A stretch of 64,000 nucleotides of DNA from a virus (IMGVR_UViG_3300033121_001133:1-64000), one strand, 5' to 3'. Positions 18,238 to 29,393 are shown, numbered from the stretch's first letter. Numbers and translations: made by a program. The notes: a model not told the origin generated them from the letters alone.

Positions 18238-21200
18238 ATGAGGTATCCTGATGGATCATTGGTTGGTGATTTGGGAGATGGGGTGCAAGCTACAACATCC
18301 TCCAGCCTAACTGTGCCTGATCCTTCCTCTACTAATGAGAATTTAACAGTCTACGACCTGCTCCCAGTTGTTGTCAACAAGACTCCGACTATTACAGTGC
18401 CTATTGTGGAGGGGTCTGATCCACAAATAAAGCCTATTAGGCTGGCTGATGCAACCGGACAACATCTGTATGTAAATGCGGACGGGGTGGTTCGCGTGTG
18501 TGTTGGAAGCTCCATCCAACTGCGATTTGAAGCTACGCAGCCTGATAAGTTTAATGTAGAGAATGGTGTGCCGGTAATTATCCCTGATCAGCAGGCTCTG
18601 GTATATTTGTGGAGGCTGAATGACCAACCACTGGCTAGCTTTGACATCCCTAGGCTGCGTAGTGAATTGTCGATTGATCGTGGAGTTTGCCGAATTGTGA
18701 ATATACAGCTGCAACATAGTGGGGTGTACCAATGTGAAGTGTCAAACGACATCGGTTCAGTGTTAAGTGAGCCCATTACTTTGGAGGTTTATAGTCCCGA
18801 TGCAGATCCTAAGCTGTTTACCAATCTAGTAGTCAACCCTTATGGAGAGTTGGGATTAGACGGGTGGAACCCATCCACATCTGAGATTGTTTCTAAGGAG
18901 TTCACAAGTGTCCCAGCTAGTCAGTTGAAGGCAGTTAATAACACGGCTGTGTTTGGTTACACTCCAGACATGCTGCATCCTAGGCCTTATCAGATTGATC
19001 CCGGGGTGATTAGAGGTGTAGACTATGGTAGCGATTTAGGCAAAAGAGGCAGCTACTTTGGTAGAGCTCCATACAAGTTTCTTGCAAGAGGAGGAAGCAC
19101 TTACACAAAAGCCTATCAAGACATTGATCTGTCTGATTTAACTGATCTGATTCGAGGTGGGGTGTGTGGCATTAGCGGTTTACGTGCAGTATTTGGTTGC
19201 TACATTGGTACTGCTATATCAAATTACAAGCCAACTCAGGAGTTAACTCCGATTGATAAGCGTACTAATAGAAGGCAGCATTACTTTGGTGCTCCCCGAC
19301 TGAGTGTCGAGAATCTACTCTCAGCTGGTCCGCCTGAACTGATAGATCGAGTTTATGTTACCGTGGAGGAGTTTGAGGATGAGGCTAGACTACCTAGCAC
19401 GATGTGGAGAGGAAACCAACCTCCGACCCTGCAAACCTCTACTATAACTCTACACGATCCCTACACTCGTGCAATTCAACAGGCCCCTTCAACTGCTTAC
19501 TATCCGGGATCTGAAAGGTTTCCGACTGACATATACCAACTTGGTATTAGCTCTTCGGCCGACGTCACTGATCGTATCTTATTTGCTGCAGATCAGCTGA
19601 TGCCAAACTATGAGGAGCGGTTCACGTTTGGTCAGTATGTGGAGTTTAATAGACTGATACTCGATAGGCTTAATCCTAAGACCAACAAGGTTAGAATTAC
19701 CCTGCACTTCTTCTGTGAAGACTACAGGCTAATTGAGCCTAGCTCACTAGCTACACTCGGTCCTGAGGAGGTATGGGATTTCCATTCCTGGCATCGTCCT
19801 CACAGTCGCAACACTTTTAGCGACACCACCACTTCAAACACCAGCTCAATACTGACCATCCTAGACAAACCGGGAGTACCTCCAGAAGAGAAGTTTTTGG
19901 TGCAGCCGGATCCTAGGCCAATGATAACAGGGTTGACTTTTGGTTTGATTCCGGTACTGAACAATCAGCCTGAGATTACGGACCTTTATACTGAGCAGGC
20001 GCTTGCTACAAATTCCAGGCCGCCGGCTGAGGTTCCTTCTGAGTTGCGTGTGGTTCCATTTGATCCTCTACAGCGAAGGCTGCATAGACTGCATACCACC
20101 TTCTTACACGATTCTAGCTTTTCAACTGCTTCACGCGAAGTGACAGCCATCAAGCTAGATGTGGTTTCCTTGGACAGCTCTTCCTATCAATTACAGGCAT
20201 CTCAGGATGGACTATTCCCATTTGATGCAACCTACCTGACTGACTTCCATGCCGGCGGTACAACTGCCGATACTCCTGAGTTGATGAACTGGCGAGTTGT
20301 GTCATCTCGTAGAGGAGATCTGGTTGGAACTTCTGATTGGGGTAGCCTTGTTGCGAGAACGGGAAGCACACAAGCGTCTCAACCGTGGAGCTCATACGCT
20401 GAGATAAGTGACACTGTTCGAGATAGAGCTGTGGCGGGGCTGGATTCTAGATTCTATGCAAAGGCTAGTGGTGGACCTAACAGCGCTATTCCATTTGATG
20501 AGGAAGGTACCTGGTCGATACCTAATCAGTGGCAGAATAAAGTCAGTTACATTTTACACTACGTCCTCAGAGAGAGGGGAGTGGATAACGCTACCAGTAA
20601 TCTAATACTGACTAGTAATCTAACCACTAATCCTAATACCGCATATGTGGGGGAGATAAGCAGCTCTAATCTTGCACTAACCTACAATAGCTATCTCTTG
20701 GAGATTGAGCATCCTAACCAGTTTAGGACAGCCTCTCGGGTGACCTTATCTAGAACTACCGACATGGTTGGCTCTGGATCATTGGAGCCTGTAGAAGTTG
20801 AACATGGTATTAACTCAGAAGGGTACTTTTACTTTAAGCTGCCTGATCGAATCTTATTCACTGGAGTAGATCAGGGTGGATTAGGCCTAGCCTTTTCTGG
20901 ACAGTTTGTTACTCAGGCAACCACACTACCTCGTAGTGGTAATAGTCTGATCACCAGCCTGATCGATAGTGCATCTCAATGGTGGACCGCTGGTGAGTTG
21001 TACGGAGATCTACTCCGTAGGCAGGCGATTCAGTCAATCTTTATTGGTCCTGAAGATGGTTTGGTTGTAACTACGAATGGTGTTAATGGATTTACTGAAG
21101 AGAGCTTTATCAGAAGCCAGTCTAGGGCGCTAATCAAGGACATTTTCTACGATGGATTAGTTTCAATCGCTAACGAAACAATCACCCCTCTGCAGCAGAT

Positions 21201-21732
21201 TAACCTAATCAACCTACTCAGTGAGCGGTATGAAGATCTCTATGGTCCTCAGGGAAATCAGGTTAGGATAAGCTCAATATGGCCTTTTGGTCTCCAGAAG
21301 ATTGAAGTCTATAGAGGGGATGTTAACGTTGGAGGGCTGAACAGCCTTCAGCCAGCCTCATTCAAGTTAGGAATCACCTACGACAATAAAGAAGCTGCCT
21401 ACTACCCCTCTTCATCGGAGGGGTCGCGAGGTAGTGTGATATTGGTTCCTTCGGCTAGCTTCGACACTGACAATTCAGTGCTAGTATTCGCTCGACAGAG
21501 AGAGGAACAGTCTCCTAACTTCACTATAGAGGAGCCTTATCGCAATCCTAATAAGGCGGTGAGCTTATATGCCGTGCAAGCAGCTGCATATGGTTCAACT
21601 GATGGACAGGTTTTTGGTGGAACTCCAGTACTAGGATATGATCAGCAAGGTAATTATTATCAGGTAGACATCCAACCTGTACAGGATAATATCATTCACG
21701 ATACCGTTCCATTCATCGGCTTTAACCCATGA
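18238..21732 (+). CDS. Ig-domain plus galactose-binding-like tail/baseplate protein
   Basis: Ig motif YLWRLN...HSGVYQCEVSNDIG, then TNLVVNPYGELGLDGW...AYQDIDL. ATG at 18238. Confidence 0.7.
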   Translation: MRYPDGSLVGDLGDGVQATTSSSLTVPDPSSTNENLTVYDLLPVVVNKTPTITVPIVEGSDPQIKPIRLADATGQHLYVNADGVVRVCVGSSIQLRFEATQPDKFNVENGVPVIIPDQQALVYLWRLNDQPLASFDIPRLRSELSIDRGVCRIVNIQLQHSGVYQCEVSNDIGSVLSEPITLEVYSPDADPKLFTNLVVNPYGELGLDGWNPSTSEIVSKEFTSVPASQLKAVNNTAVFGYTPDMLHPRPYQIDPGVIRGVDYGSDLGKRGSYFGRAPYKFLARGGSTYTKAYQDIDLSDLTDLIRGGVCGISGLRAVFGCYIGTAISNYKPTQELTPIDKRTNRRQHYFGAPRLSVENLLSAGPPELIDRVYVTVEEFEDEARLPSTMWRGNQPPTLQTSTITLHDPYTRAIQQAPSTAYYPGSERFPTDIYQLGISSSADVTDRILFAADQLMPNYEERFTFGQYVEFNRLILDRLNPKTNKVRITLHFFCEDYRLIEPSSLATLGPEEVWDFHSWHRPHSRNTFSDTTTSNTSSILTILDKPGVPPEEKFLVQPDPRPMITGLTFGLIPVLNNQPEITDLYTEQALATNSRPPAEVPSELRVVPFDPLQRRLHRLHTTFLHDSSFSTASREVTAIKLDVVSLDSSSYQLQASQDGLFPFDATYLTDFHAGGTTADTPELMNWRVVSSRRGDLVGTSDWGSLVARTGSTQASQPWSSYAEISDTVRDRAVAGLDSRFYAKASGGPNSAIPFDEEGTWSIPNQWQNKVSYILHYVLRERGVDNATSNLILTSNLTTNPNTAYVGEISSSNLALTYNSYLLEIEHPNQFRTASRVTLSRTTDMVGSGSLEPVEVEHGINSEGYFYFKLPDRILFTGVDQGGLGLAFSGQFVTQATTLPRSGNSLITSLIDSASQWWTAGELYGDLLRRQAIQSIFIGPEDGLVVTTNGVNGFTEESFIRSQSRALIKDIFYDGLVSIANETITPLQQINLINLLSERYEDLYGPQGNQVRISSIWPFGLQKIEVYRGDVNVGGLNSLQPASFKLGITYDNKEAAYYPSSSEGSRGSVILVPSASFDTDNSVLVFARQREEQSPNFTIEEPYRNPNKAVSLYAVQAAAYGSTDGQVFGGTPVLGYDQQGNYYQVDIQPVQDNIIHDTVPFIGFNP

Positions 21733-24116
21733 GTACCATAGCTTCTCTTCTTAGGCCTGCAGAGGATGGTGCATTACGAGTTGGGGATTTCACATTACTA
21801 CCTAGCAATCAAGCTACTCCAATAATCAGCTCCCAACCTGCTCGCAACCTCAATCAATACACTTGGATCAAGTCTGTTGCAGATCAGAAGATTGTATACC
21901 AGAAGGTTACACCGAGCGACGGTATTTACAGAGTAGTGGAGGGAACCAGGCTATCTTGGACGGTGTTTGCAGCTGATCCTTCTAATCTCAATGCACCAAA
22001 TAGTGACGCCTCTCTTAGGTTTGTTTGGAGGCGAGATGGTACCCCTTTAGTGGAAGTCAATAACAGTAATCACTATCAGGGCAGCCGCACCATAACAATT
22101 GAGAGTGCTCAATGTACTCCCTCTGCAACCGGCAACTATGTGTGCGAAGTACACAATAACAATGGTGTAGTGGAAACAGAGGGACTGCAGATTGAGGTTG
22201 TGGTGCTAGATAAGCACCCTAAACTACGAACTAACCTCCTGCTAAATGGTAATGCTGATTCCCAGCTAGATGGTTGGACCGTAGACTCTGACATACTCAG
22301 TAAGGAGTTTGTTTCTTCAACTTTCCTAAGTGCGGGATTTGGCAGTCTTCCTAAGCTACATGAGCTGCTTAGCTTGCAAGATGGCAATCGATATAACACC
22401 GGGGTAGAGTTTGCATTTAGTCAGGGTGATGCTGAGACTTTGCAGCGTGCTTTTCAATCCTGGATTGATTTAGGTCCAGACTGGAGAAGCGTTCAGCCTG
22501 CATGGATGCAGCAGAAGCCTGATCGAGATATTAACGAGCCTCTTGTAGGGTGGAGAAGGTGGGTAATCACAGGAGTGACACCTCAAATCATCGACAATGA
22601 GTCTACCCTTGATGGGGAGCCTTTTGGAGGATTCTTCCCCGCAATGAGATACATTGATCAGTTCAACCGCAACTTTGTGGAAGGCTCAACTCCTGTGATT
22701 GGTTTGATGGCTGAGTCGGCTAATCAAAGGCTGAGCTACTTCACTAGGGATAAGCTGAAGTTTCTTCGATACGGAGGTAAGGCAACTTCACAGATGTCCC
22801 AAACTATAGACTTGACAGAGCTTGCTGACTTCATTGATGGGAATGTAATTGGAGTGTCACATGCCACTTCTCAATTCTTTGCCTACGTTGGGGCTGGTCT
22901 GACTCGGTATCAAATACGAGCTCAGGTTGCAGGTCAGGGTAGCATTTCATCCCAGACCTTTAACTGGTTCGTGGCAGACTATCAGCAGATCATGGAGCGG
23001 TTGGAGCAAGATTCTGTTTCCGGTAGGCTATCCTTAGTACCAAATACACCCATTGAAATACTGCCCCTAGTTGAGGATGTCACTCAAGTGGAGATTCAGT
23101 ATCTTGATGGTGATGGTCGCAAGCTATCAAGGGATTTGATTGATGGTCCTAATGAGCGCGATGTGTTTGCAATCAAGGACTGCACCTTCTTACCAATTAG
23201 TCTATATCCTATATTTGAGTACTTCATTACCAACAACAATCCAATCAAGATATTTGGCCAGGTTTACACCAACACCAAGGCACTAGCCCCGTTGTTCGAG
23301 TCAACTTCACCATATACCATCGACTACCCCTCTTCCCCAGATGGATCTTCTCCAGCTGATCGATATGCAGCTTGGGGAGGAGACCCTTCAAAGTTGGATA
23401 GGCTGACCGACGTTCAAGCTAAGTTCGCACTAACCAAGCTAAACTGGACTATGTTTGGTAATCTAACACCATCTGGATATAACGTCCGAACTAATCGAAA
23501 GAACCGGGCGATTAGGGATTATGGTGCCGCGGCAATGTTTGGGGTGGAGAAGACTCGGGTAATTCCCCGTGGAGCACGATCTGCACAGATAACTGTGAGG
23601 TTCACCCATACATCAGACACCATCGCCGATAATGATCCAAAGACCAAGCAGTGGAGGGAGCAGACTATTTACCACGATGTGATGGGATCGTCTTCCAGCA
23701 CCGGAAAGCAGACTATCGATTACAGCTATCCGAGGTGCGGAATTACAAAGATGAAGTTCATTGTGCTGCCTAACAACTTTGTTGCAGATTCAACATACCC
23801 TAGCTATAAACTACCTCCTAGTAATCAAACCGTGGTTGGTTTTAGAAAGCAGCGACTGTCTGAAAATGTACACAATTCTGCTGACCCAGAATCATTCCCA
23901 CAATTCCAGGTTGATACTGCAAGAGGGTTGGTTAGGCTAGCAGCACCTCTCCCAACTGATCCAGTTAGTCCATTTCTGTCGGAGACAGAGGCGAGTTTCA
24001 TTATCGCTCAGCAGGTACAGGCCGCTGGCCAGGAGGCAGAGGATCGGCGCGAGGGGCAGCAGCCAAATCAGTCCACATTCCGCGCTGAAGAGAGTGGTGA
24101 GGGCTTGTTTGAGTAG
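21729..24116 (+). CDS. Ig-domain tail/baseplate protein, paralog of the upstream gene
   Basis: FVWRRDG...TGNYVCEVHNNNG...PKLRTNLLLNGNADSQLDGW...SQTIDL. Confidence 0.7.
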   Translation: MSTIASLLRPAEDGALRVGDFTLLPSNQATPIISSQPARNLNQYTWIKSVADQKIVYQKVTPSDGIYRVVEGTRLSWTVFAADPSNLNAPNSDASLRFVWRRDGTPLVEVNNSNHYQGSRTITIESAQCTPSATGNYVCEVHNNNGVVETEGLQIEVVVLDKHPKLRTNLLLNGNADSQLDGWTVDSDILSKEFVSSTFLSAGFGSLPKLHELLSLQDGNRYNTGVEFAFSQGDAETLQRAFQSWIDLGPDWRSVQPAWMQQKPDRDINEPLVGWRRWVITGVTPQIIDNESTLDGEPFGGFFPAMRYIDQFNRNFVEGSTPVIGLMAESANQRLSYFTRDKLKFLRYGGKATSQMSQTIDLTELADFIDGNVIGVSHATSQFFAYVGAGLTRYQIRAQVAGQGSISSQTFNWFVADYQQIMERLEQDSVSGRLSLVPNTPIEILPLVEDVTQVEIQYLDGDGRKLSRDLIDGPNERDVFAIKDCTFLPISLYPIFEYFITNNNPIKIFGQVYTNTKALAPLFESTSPYTIDYPSSPDGSSPADRYAAWGGDPSKLDRLTDVQAKFALTKLNWTMFGNLTPSGYNVRTNRKNRAIRDYGAAAMFGVEKTRVIPRGARSAQITVRFTHTSDTIADNDPKTKQWREQTIYHDVMGSSSSTGKQTIDYSYPRCGITKMKFIVLPNNFVADSTYPSYKLPPSNQTVVGFRKQRLSENVHNSADPESFPQFQVDTARGLVRLAAPLPTDPVSPFLSETEASFIIAQQVQAAGQEAEDRREGQQPNQSTFRAEESGEGLFE

Positions 24117-24138
24117 TGTGTGAGAAACTGCAGCCGTC

Positions 24139-24145
24139 TATTTAT
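24139..24145 (+). promoter_or_regulatory. putative late promoter TATTTAT
   Basis: Intergenic, 5 nt before ATG 24151. Confidence 0.6.
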
Positions 24146-24150
24146 TAGAG

Positions 24151-27100
24151 ATGCCAAGAGACACTCCTAACATTACTCTAAGAGGTGGTGGTCAACTAGA
24201 TCGAGTACTTACTCGGTTGAGCAGCTCGTTTGTCAGCGGCTCAAATTCGCCTAATTTGGTGGAGCCGTTTGGAGTTTATCCTAACCTGAGAGCACAATAT
24301 CCAAACGATGTTGTGCAGGTTAATATATTCAATGCCGTAGATCGATACCTTGAAAGTGTGTATCGATTTGATGGGTTTACGGTTCAATCTAATCAAGTTA
24401 CCGTTGATGTAGAGCAAGCACTAACTCAGCTAGGGTATCTATCGGGGAAGTATCGAACTGAGTTCAGGCTGCTTAGGAACCACTTAGGATCTGGGGATGG
24501 TAATAGACTTCGAGTTCAGGAGGTTAGTGCTAATGGCTTGGAGGTTCGCGTAGTTCCAGTCAGCTTGGATAATGAGTCGGCAGCTGATTTCTTTTCGTTC
24601 TTTGCTGGTGGATTCTTCCAACAGCCAAAGCCTGAAGTACTACCAAATCTATACCTGTTCAAGGATGCTGTGACGAGTATTGGCGTGTTTGATTACGTCC
24701 AAGATGCGTTCACGTTCCGCGAGTTTCCTTACAGTATCATATTCAAGCTGACCGTACCTTCTGCGGACACACTACGAGTCGGTGATTTGCTGTGGTTGGC
24801 CCAGGAGGTTAGCCCCTCTTTTGAGGATACTATCGTCCTAACTCCTCCTCAACTTGGCAATCCGCCTATACAGATAGGAGCACCTAACTGGGAGTGCTTG
24901 GTTGATGATCAATCCCATGTGACCACAGACTATAAGAATTGGGATGATCTGCTGTCTACCAATCCAACAACTACCCAAGCTCTCGTAAGGCAGTTGTTCA
25001 GTGGATCTTTATTAGAAGGCATACCTCTGAATTGTGATTTCAGGGAGTTCGACAACTTCGTACACTTCGGATCTGCAGAAGAGAGACTACGCAACTTTCA
25101 TCATAAGATGGGGTTGCTGGAGTACTATGATGAGCGTCTCACGCTACTTAATCCAACGCCTGCGATACCGGAGGCGTCTAGCTCATACTCGTTAAATAAC
25201 ATCCTTGATGCGCGTAACAAGCGGAACAACATTCTAGGATCATTTGATGCTTATGAGGAGTATCTATACTACCAATCAAGTAGTTATGAGTCTAGCAGCT
25301 TTGGGGTATGGTATCCTACCACTTGGCCAAAGTCCAACAACACTACCCCATATACTAATTTCTCCTACACCTCCTCTCAAGTAGAGTCCTGGTTCGTAGG
25401 TATTATTAGTTCTGCTAGCGCATTCGATGCACAGAATCCCCACACTCTAGCTAAGACTATCCCAGGTCACGTTCACGATGATCAGGTTAATCAGCAGTAC
25501 ATCCTTCTGGTTAATATGATTGGCCACTACTTTGATATCCTCTACGGGTACATCAAAGGCTTGACCGATATACACGATCGAAATGAATCTCTGTTTGAGG
25601 GATTCAGTAAGGATTTGGTCTACCACGTTGCACAGAGTCTGGGTGTGGATTTCAGTAATGGAAACACATTAGACGATCTGTGGAAGTATCTTCTAGGGAC
25701 CGATCAGGATGGTAACCTTCTATCTGAGTATGACGGTCAAACGTCCGATGGGACTAAGGAGATTTGGAAGCGCATCGTTAACAACCTACCCTACCTACTC
25801 AAGACTAAAGGAACTGAGCGTGGACTGCGGGCATTGATTAACTGCTTTGGTATACCTCAAACAATACTGCGAATTCGAGAGTTTGGAGGTCCTGAGCCTA
25901 GCTTTGAAAATCAAACTGACTGGAGCTACGATAAGTTCTCCTACTCTACTATTGTAGGCTACAACGGAGCTACTGGGGGAGACGTCAATCAGAAGATCTC
26001 AGTGCCTTGGGTGGGCATGACTGAGAATGGGGGTGCATTCCCTCGAACCATACAGCTACGTGTTGCAATGGCTCCTAGCCAGAGCAAGGATCAGACCATT
26101 CTCAAACTAGCTAATGACGACATCATTGTTGAAGCTGTTAATGGCGATGCCCTAAGACTGACCGTTAATGGAAGCTCAGTGGAGGTATCTAGCTCGATTT
26201 ATGATGGTACTTTCCACCTACTCTCTATAACTCGCGATGGTACAGACACCACTCTGATTGCAAAGAAAGCTAACTACGGTAAGGTGGTTAGCACCGTTAG
26301 CGCTAGCGTAGCTGACGTGTCTACTGCAATCTCGACGCTTTATGTACCAAGCGACGTTACTGTTGCAGCAAACAACTCACATTCAGCTACGATCTTCACT
26401 GGAAGCGTGCAGGAGTTGCGTCTATGGAATTCAGTATTGCAGGAGCGTATACTAGATAACCACGCACTAGCTCCAACCAGCTTCCAAGGAAGTGATAGCG
26501 ACACCTACTCAGGCAACACCTCAAGTTTTGCTGATTTGGCGTTCAGATTAACGCTGGGTAGTAATGCTCATAAGGTCAACTATGCAGCAACTGCTAGCGT
26601 GTCCTCATCCCATCCAAATCAGGGAATCGCCTACTTCACTAATGCAGTAACCTACCCTAAAATGGGTACGTTTACTAACTTCGCTGTTAGTTCAAGTATC
26701 CCTCACGTAGAAACTTACTACCAGGAGTGGCCTGATTTAGGAGCTAATCGTACTGTGGCCAATAAAATTAGGATTGACAGTACAATCGTAGCAGGGAACA
26801 ATCAACTATTCCATAATAGTAGCGTTGTTCGCAGCTTGAGCGATGACAATCCTCCGGATAGCTCTCGTCTCGGGGTGTACTTCTCGCCAACTAACGAAGT
26901 TGATCAGGACATCGCTGAGCAGTTTGGAGGATTGAGTATTGACGACTTTATTGGTGATCCTTCCTACTATGAGCTAGTTAATTACCCAGGCCTGGAGGCC
27001 CTCAAGTATCAGTACACTAAGAAGTATGGTCGAAGAAACAACCCACAAGCCTACATCAGGCTGCTGGCTAGTTTCAATTCTAGCCTGTTCCAGCTAATTA

Positions 27101-28587
27101 AAAAGCTAGTACCTTACCGAGCAAATACTCAGGTAGGACTTGTTATTGAGCCTACTCTACTTGATAGGTCAAAGTGGCCATCTCAGACTCCTTCATACGA
27201 GCAACTCCACTGGTCAGGGTCTCTGTCTCAGTTGCCAGATCCTGATGGTTTTGTTCAAGACGGAGATGGTGAACCCTTCCGAAACATGCAGGATTATGTC
27301 CAGGCTGGGGTGATCGAGGCTAATGGAGCAGATTATTTGATACTGGATGGTTTTGTTGAAGATGGAGATAGTGAAGCTCGTCGAGGAACTAGGGATTTTG
27401 TAGAGGAGGGAGTTATTGATGTGGATCCTATTCTGCCAGAGGTGGAGTATGATTACGTGATTTTTGATGAAACCATTCACGCATCTCCCACTGCGACTGG
27501 GGATACTGATCAGTACGGTCGACCTCTGTTTAATACAACAGGAAGTAGGATTGCAACGCAGTTCGGTACTGCCTACGACGAAATTAACCTAAGGGAGTCT
27601 CAGTATGGTAGGGATCTAGCAGCTTTTGGCTCCCAGTATGTATTCATGTCATATGCCACATCTGGCAGTGGTCCTACCAGATCTGAACCATATCTGATAA
27701 CTTCAAGCCGCTACGACTACCATGACCCGTTCAACGCAATTGTAATGGATGGTAGAAGAAGTGAGATTAGTAATGTAGCAGACCGGCCTTACAGTGGGGA
27801 TGTATTCAATGGCAAGGCATTTGCTCGATACATCGTTGAAAATGACCAGAATCAGATTGCCCTGAACATAAACGGTAAGCAGCAGTTTGACTTTACTCGA
27901 TACTTTGGTTTGAGGATACTCAGAGGAACTTGGGCTGTGGCTGCAGAAGCAGTTAATAGAGTGATTACTAGTGGTGGATTGGCTACGAACTATCCAGGAA
28001 CCTTAGGCAACGTGTCCGGAAATTATGCTCTGCTAGACTCCTTCTTCTATGAGGAAGATCAGCCTTGGACTAAGGAGTTGTTGTATAAGGTAGGCTTCAC
28101 TAATGATGAGCAGGACATTGTACCTTCAACAGCGTCCGTATGGGTTTTGGAGTATGGTCAAGTTGGATCAACTTACAGAACCGAGTATTTAGCTAGTCAG
28201 CTCAACCCCAGCTCCTCAGCTGAGGTTGTGACTAAGGCATCTGGTCCTTTCCTAGTACTAAACCGGGCACTTAATGGCCTATCCTTCATACCTAAATTGA
28301 CAGTGGAGTGCCTAAACTACAGAGCTCCAGTCCAAGACTTCCATCTACATGATAGCTACGGTATGAGAAATGCACGTTATGATGGCTGCAAATTAACTTC
28401 TGCAGATTGGAATGTGGACAGTCAGGATACTGTAGATGGTGGGCCAGTAGTGTTGATTACACAGGGAGGAGGCACTACTCTGGTAACTAGACCAAGTGCA
28501 AGAGGCACCTTTGAAGTACAGGGAACTGAGCAGGGAATTCCTACGTCAACGCGCACCGGAACTCGAACCGGTTTGCGTCGCCAGTGA
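24151..28587 (+). CDS. large baseplate wedge/tail protein with LamG-like domain
   Basis: LPYLLKTKGTERGLRALINCFG (tail/baseplate P2-I-like motif) and FHLLSITR...FTGSVQELRLWN (LamG-like). Confidence 0.7.
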   Translation: MPRDTPNITLRGGGQLDRVLTRLSSSFVSGSNSPNLVEPFGVYPNLRAQYPNDVVQVNIFNAVDRYLESVYRFDGFTVQSNQVTVDVEQALTQLGYLSGKYRTEFRLLRNHLGSGDGNRLRVQEVSANGLEVRVVPVSLDNESAADFFSFFAGGFFQQPKPEVLPNLYLFKDAVTSIGVFDYVQDAFTFREFPYSIIFKLTVPSADTLRVGDLLWLAQEVSPSFEDTIVLTPPQLGNPPIQIGAPNWECLVDDQSHVTTDYKNWDDLLSTNPTTTQALVRQLFSGSLLEGIPLNCDFREFDNFVHFGSAEERLRNFHHKMGLLEYYDERLTLLNPTPAIPEASSSYSLNNILDARNKRNNILGSFDAYEEYLYYQSSSYESSSFGVWYPTTWPKSNNTTPYTNFSYTSSQVESWFVGIISSASAFDAQNPHTLAKTIPGHVHDDQVNQQYILLVNMIGHYFDILYGYIKGLTDIHDRNESLFEGFSKDLVYHVAQSLGVDFSNGNTLDDLWKYLLGTDQDGNLLSEYDGQTSDGTKEIWKRIVNNLPYLLKTKGTERGLRALINCFGIPQTILRIREFGGPEPSFENQTDWSYDKFSYSTIVGYNGATGGDVNQKISVPWVGMTENGGAFPRTIQLRVAMAPSQSKDQTILKLANDDIIVEAVNGDALRLTVNGSSVEVSSSIYDGTFHLLSITRDGTDTTLIAKKANYGKVVSTVSASVADVSTAISTLYVPSDVTVAANNSHSATIFTGSVQELRLWNSVLQERILDNHALAPTSFQGSDSDTYSGNTSSFADLAFRLTLGSNAHKVNYAATASVSSSHPNQGIAYFTNAVTYPKMGTFTNFAVSSSIPHVETYYQEWPDLGANRTVANKIRIDSTIVAGNNQLFHNSSVVRSLSDDNPPDSSRLGVYFSPTNEVDQDIAEQFGGLSIDDFIGDPSYYELVNYPGLEALKYQYTKKYGRRNNPQAYIRLLASFNSSLFQLIKKLVPYRANTQVGLVIEPTLLDRSKWPSQTPSYEQLHWSGSLSQLPDPDGFVQDGDGEPFRNMQDYVQAGVIEANGADYLILDGFVEDGDSEARRGTRDFVEEGVIDVDPILPEVEYDYVIFDETIHASPTATGDTDQYGRPLFNTTGSRIATQFGTAYDEINLRESQYGRDLAAFGSQYVFMSYATSGSGPTRSEPYLITSSRYDYHDPFNAIVMDGRRSEISNVADRPYSGDVFNGKAFARYIVENDQNQIALNINGKQQFDFTRYFGLRILRGTWAVAAEAVNRVITSGGLATNYPGTLGNVSGNYALLDSFFYEEDQPWTKELLYKVGFTNDEQDIVPSTASVWVLEYGQVGSTYRTEYLASQLNPSSSAEVVTKASGPFLVLNRALNGLSFIPKLTVECLNYRAPVQDFHLHDSYGMRNARYDGCKLTSADWNVDSQDTVDGGPVVLITQGGGTTLVTRPSARGTFEVQGTEQGIPTSTRTGTRTGLRRQ
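27244..27423 (+). repeat. 34-codon tandem duplication inside the baseplate gene
   Basis: gatggttttgttcaagacggagatggtgaa (27244) vs gatggttttgttgaagatggagatagtgaa (27346). Encodes DGFVQDGDGE...DYVQAGVIE and DGFVEDGDSE...DFVEEGVID. Confidence 0.7.
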
Positions 28588-28609
28588 TTAACATATTTGA
28601 AACAGGACA

Positions 28610-28616
28610 TACTTAT
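28610..28616 (+). promoter_or_regulatory. putative late promoter TACTTAT
   Basis: Intergenic, upstream of ATG 28647. Confidence 0.55.
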
Positions 28617-28646
28617 ACGCACAAGACTTGTCATACCTAACTCAGA

Positions 28647-29393
28647 ATGGGATATCTAGATAACAGCTCAGTAACCGTAGACGCAATTCTGACCAATAAA
28701 GGTCGTCAGATCCTTGCAGCGGGAGGCAAACTCAATATCGTTAAGTTTGCTCTAAGTGACGATGAGATTGATTACGATCTCTGGAACCCAGCACACACAC
28801 TAGGAACCAACTATTATGGTGCAGTAATTGAGGGCATGCCCATCCTAGAGGGACTGCCAGATGAGTCACAAATGATGAGGTATAAGCTAATCACCCTACC
28901 TAAGGACGTGATTGGTATTCCTGTGATCTCTGTAGCTCCTACTGCGATCACCTTTACCTCACTAGCTCAGGAAGTAACTATTACCCCGTCGACGCTAAAT
29001 CTAGCCGGTGGTAATGGTTCGCTTGGGTACACAGCCATTTTAAGTGATGATACTGTCGCCACTTTGAGCGTAGCACCAAGTGCACAAATCAGCCGTACAG
29101 CTGGTAGTACTAGGCAGACTCCACCACGCAGTGGAACCTCTGAATCCACAAATGCAAGCGTTACTAGCTTCCTAGATGATGAAGTTACCGGTATCACTAC
29201 CGCAGGTAAGACCATTACCGCAGTGGGATCGAAGTTTGTGCTTAAGCCAGTGATGCAGGCAGATACAACTACAATTCGTCGAGCTTTACTTACAATCATC
29301 GGCAATGAAACTGGTGGATTTAAGACAGTGGCAATCACTCTAAATCCAGCCAACTTCCTTGAGATTGACGTTCAAGAACGCATACCTCTATAA
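28647..29393 (+). CDS. virion structural protein (tail-fibre attachment/baseplate)
   Basis: N-terminus DAILTNKGRQILA...FALSDDEIDY resembles tail-collar/fibre-attachment N-domains. Confidence 0.65.
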   Translation: MGYLDNSSVTVDAILTNKGRQILAAGGKLNIVKFALSDDEIDYDLWNPAHTLGTNYYGAVIEGMPILEGLPDESQMMRYKLITLPKDVIGIPVISVAPTAITFTSLAQEVTITPSTLNLAGGNGSLGYTAILSDDTVATLSVAPSAQISRTAGSTRQTPPRSGTSESTNASVTSFLDDEVTGITTAGKTITAVGSKFVLKPVMQADTTTIRRALLTIIGNETGGFKTVAITLNPANFLEIDVQERIPL

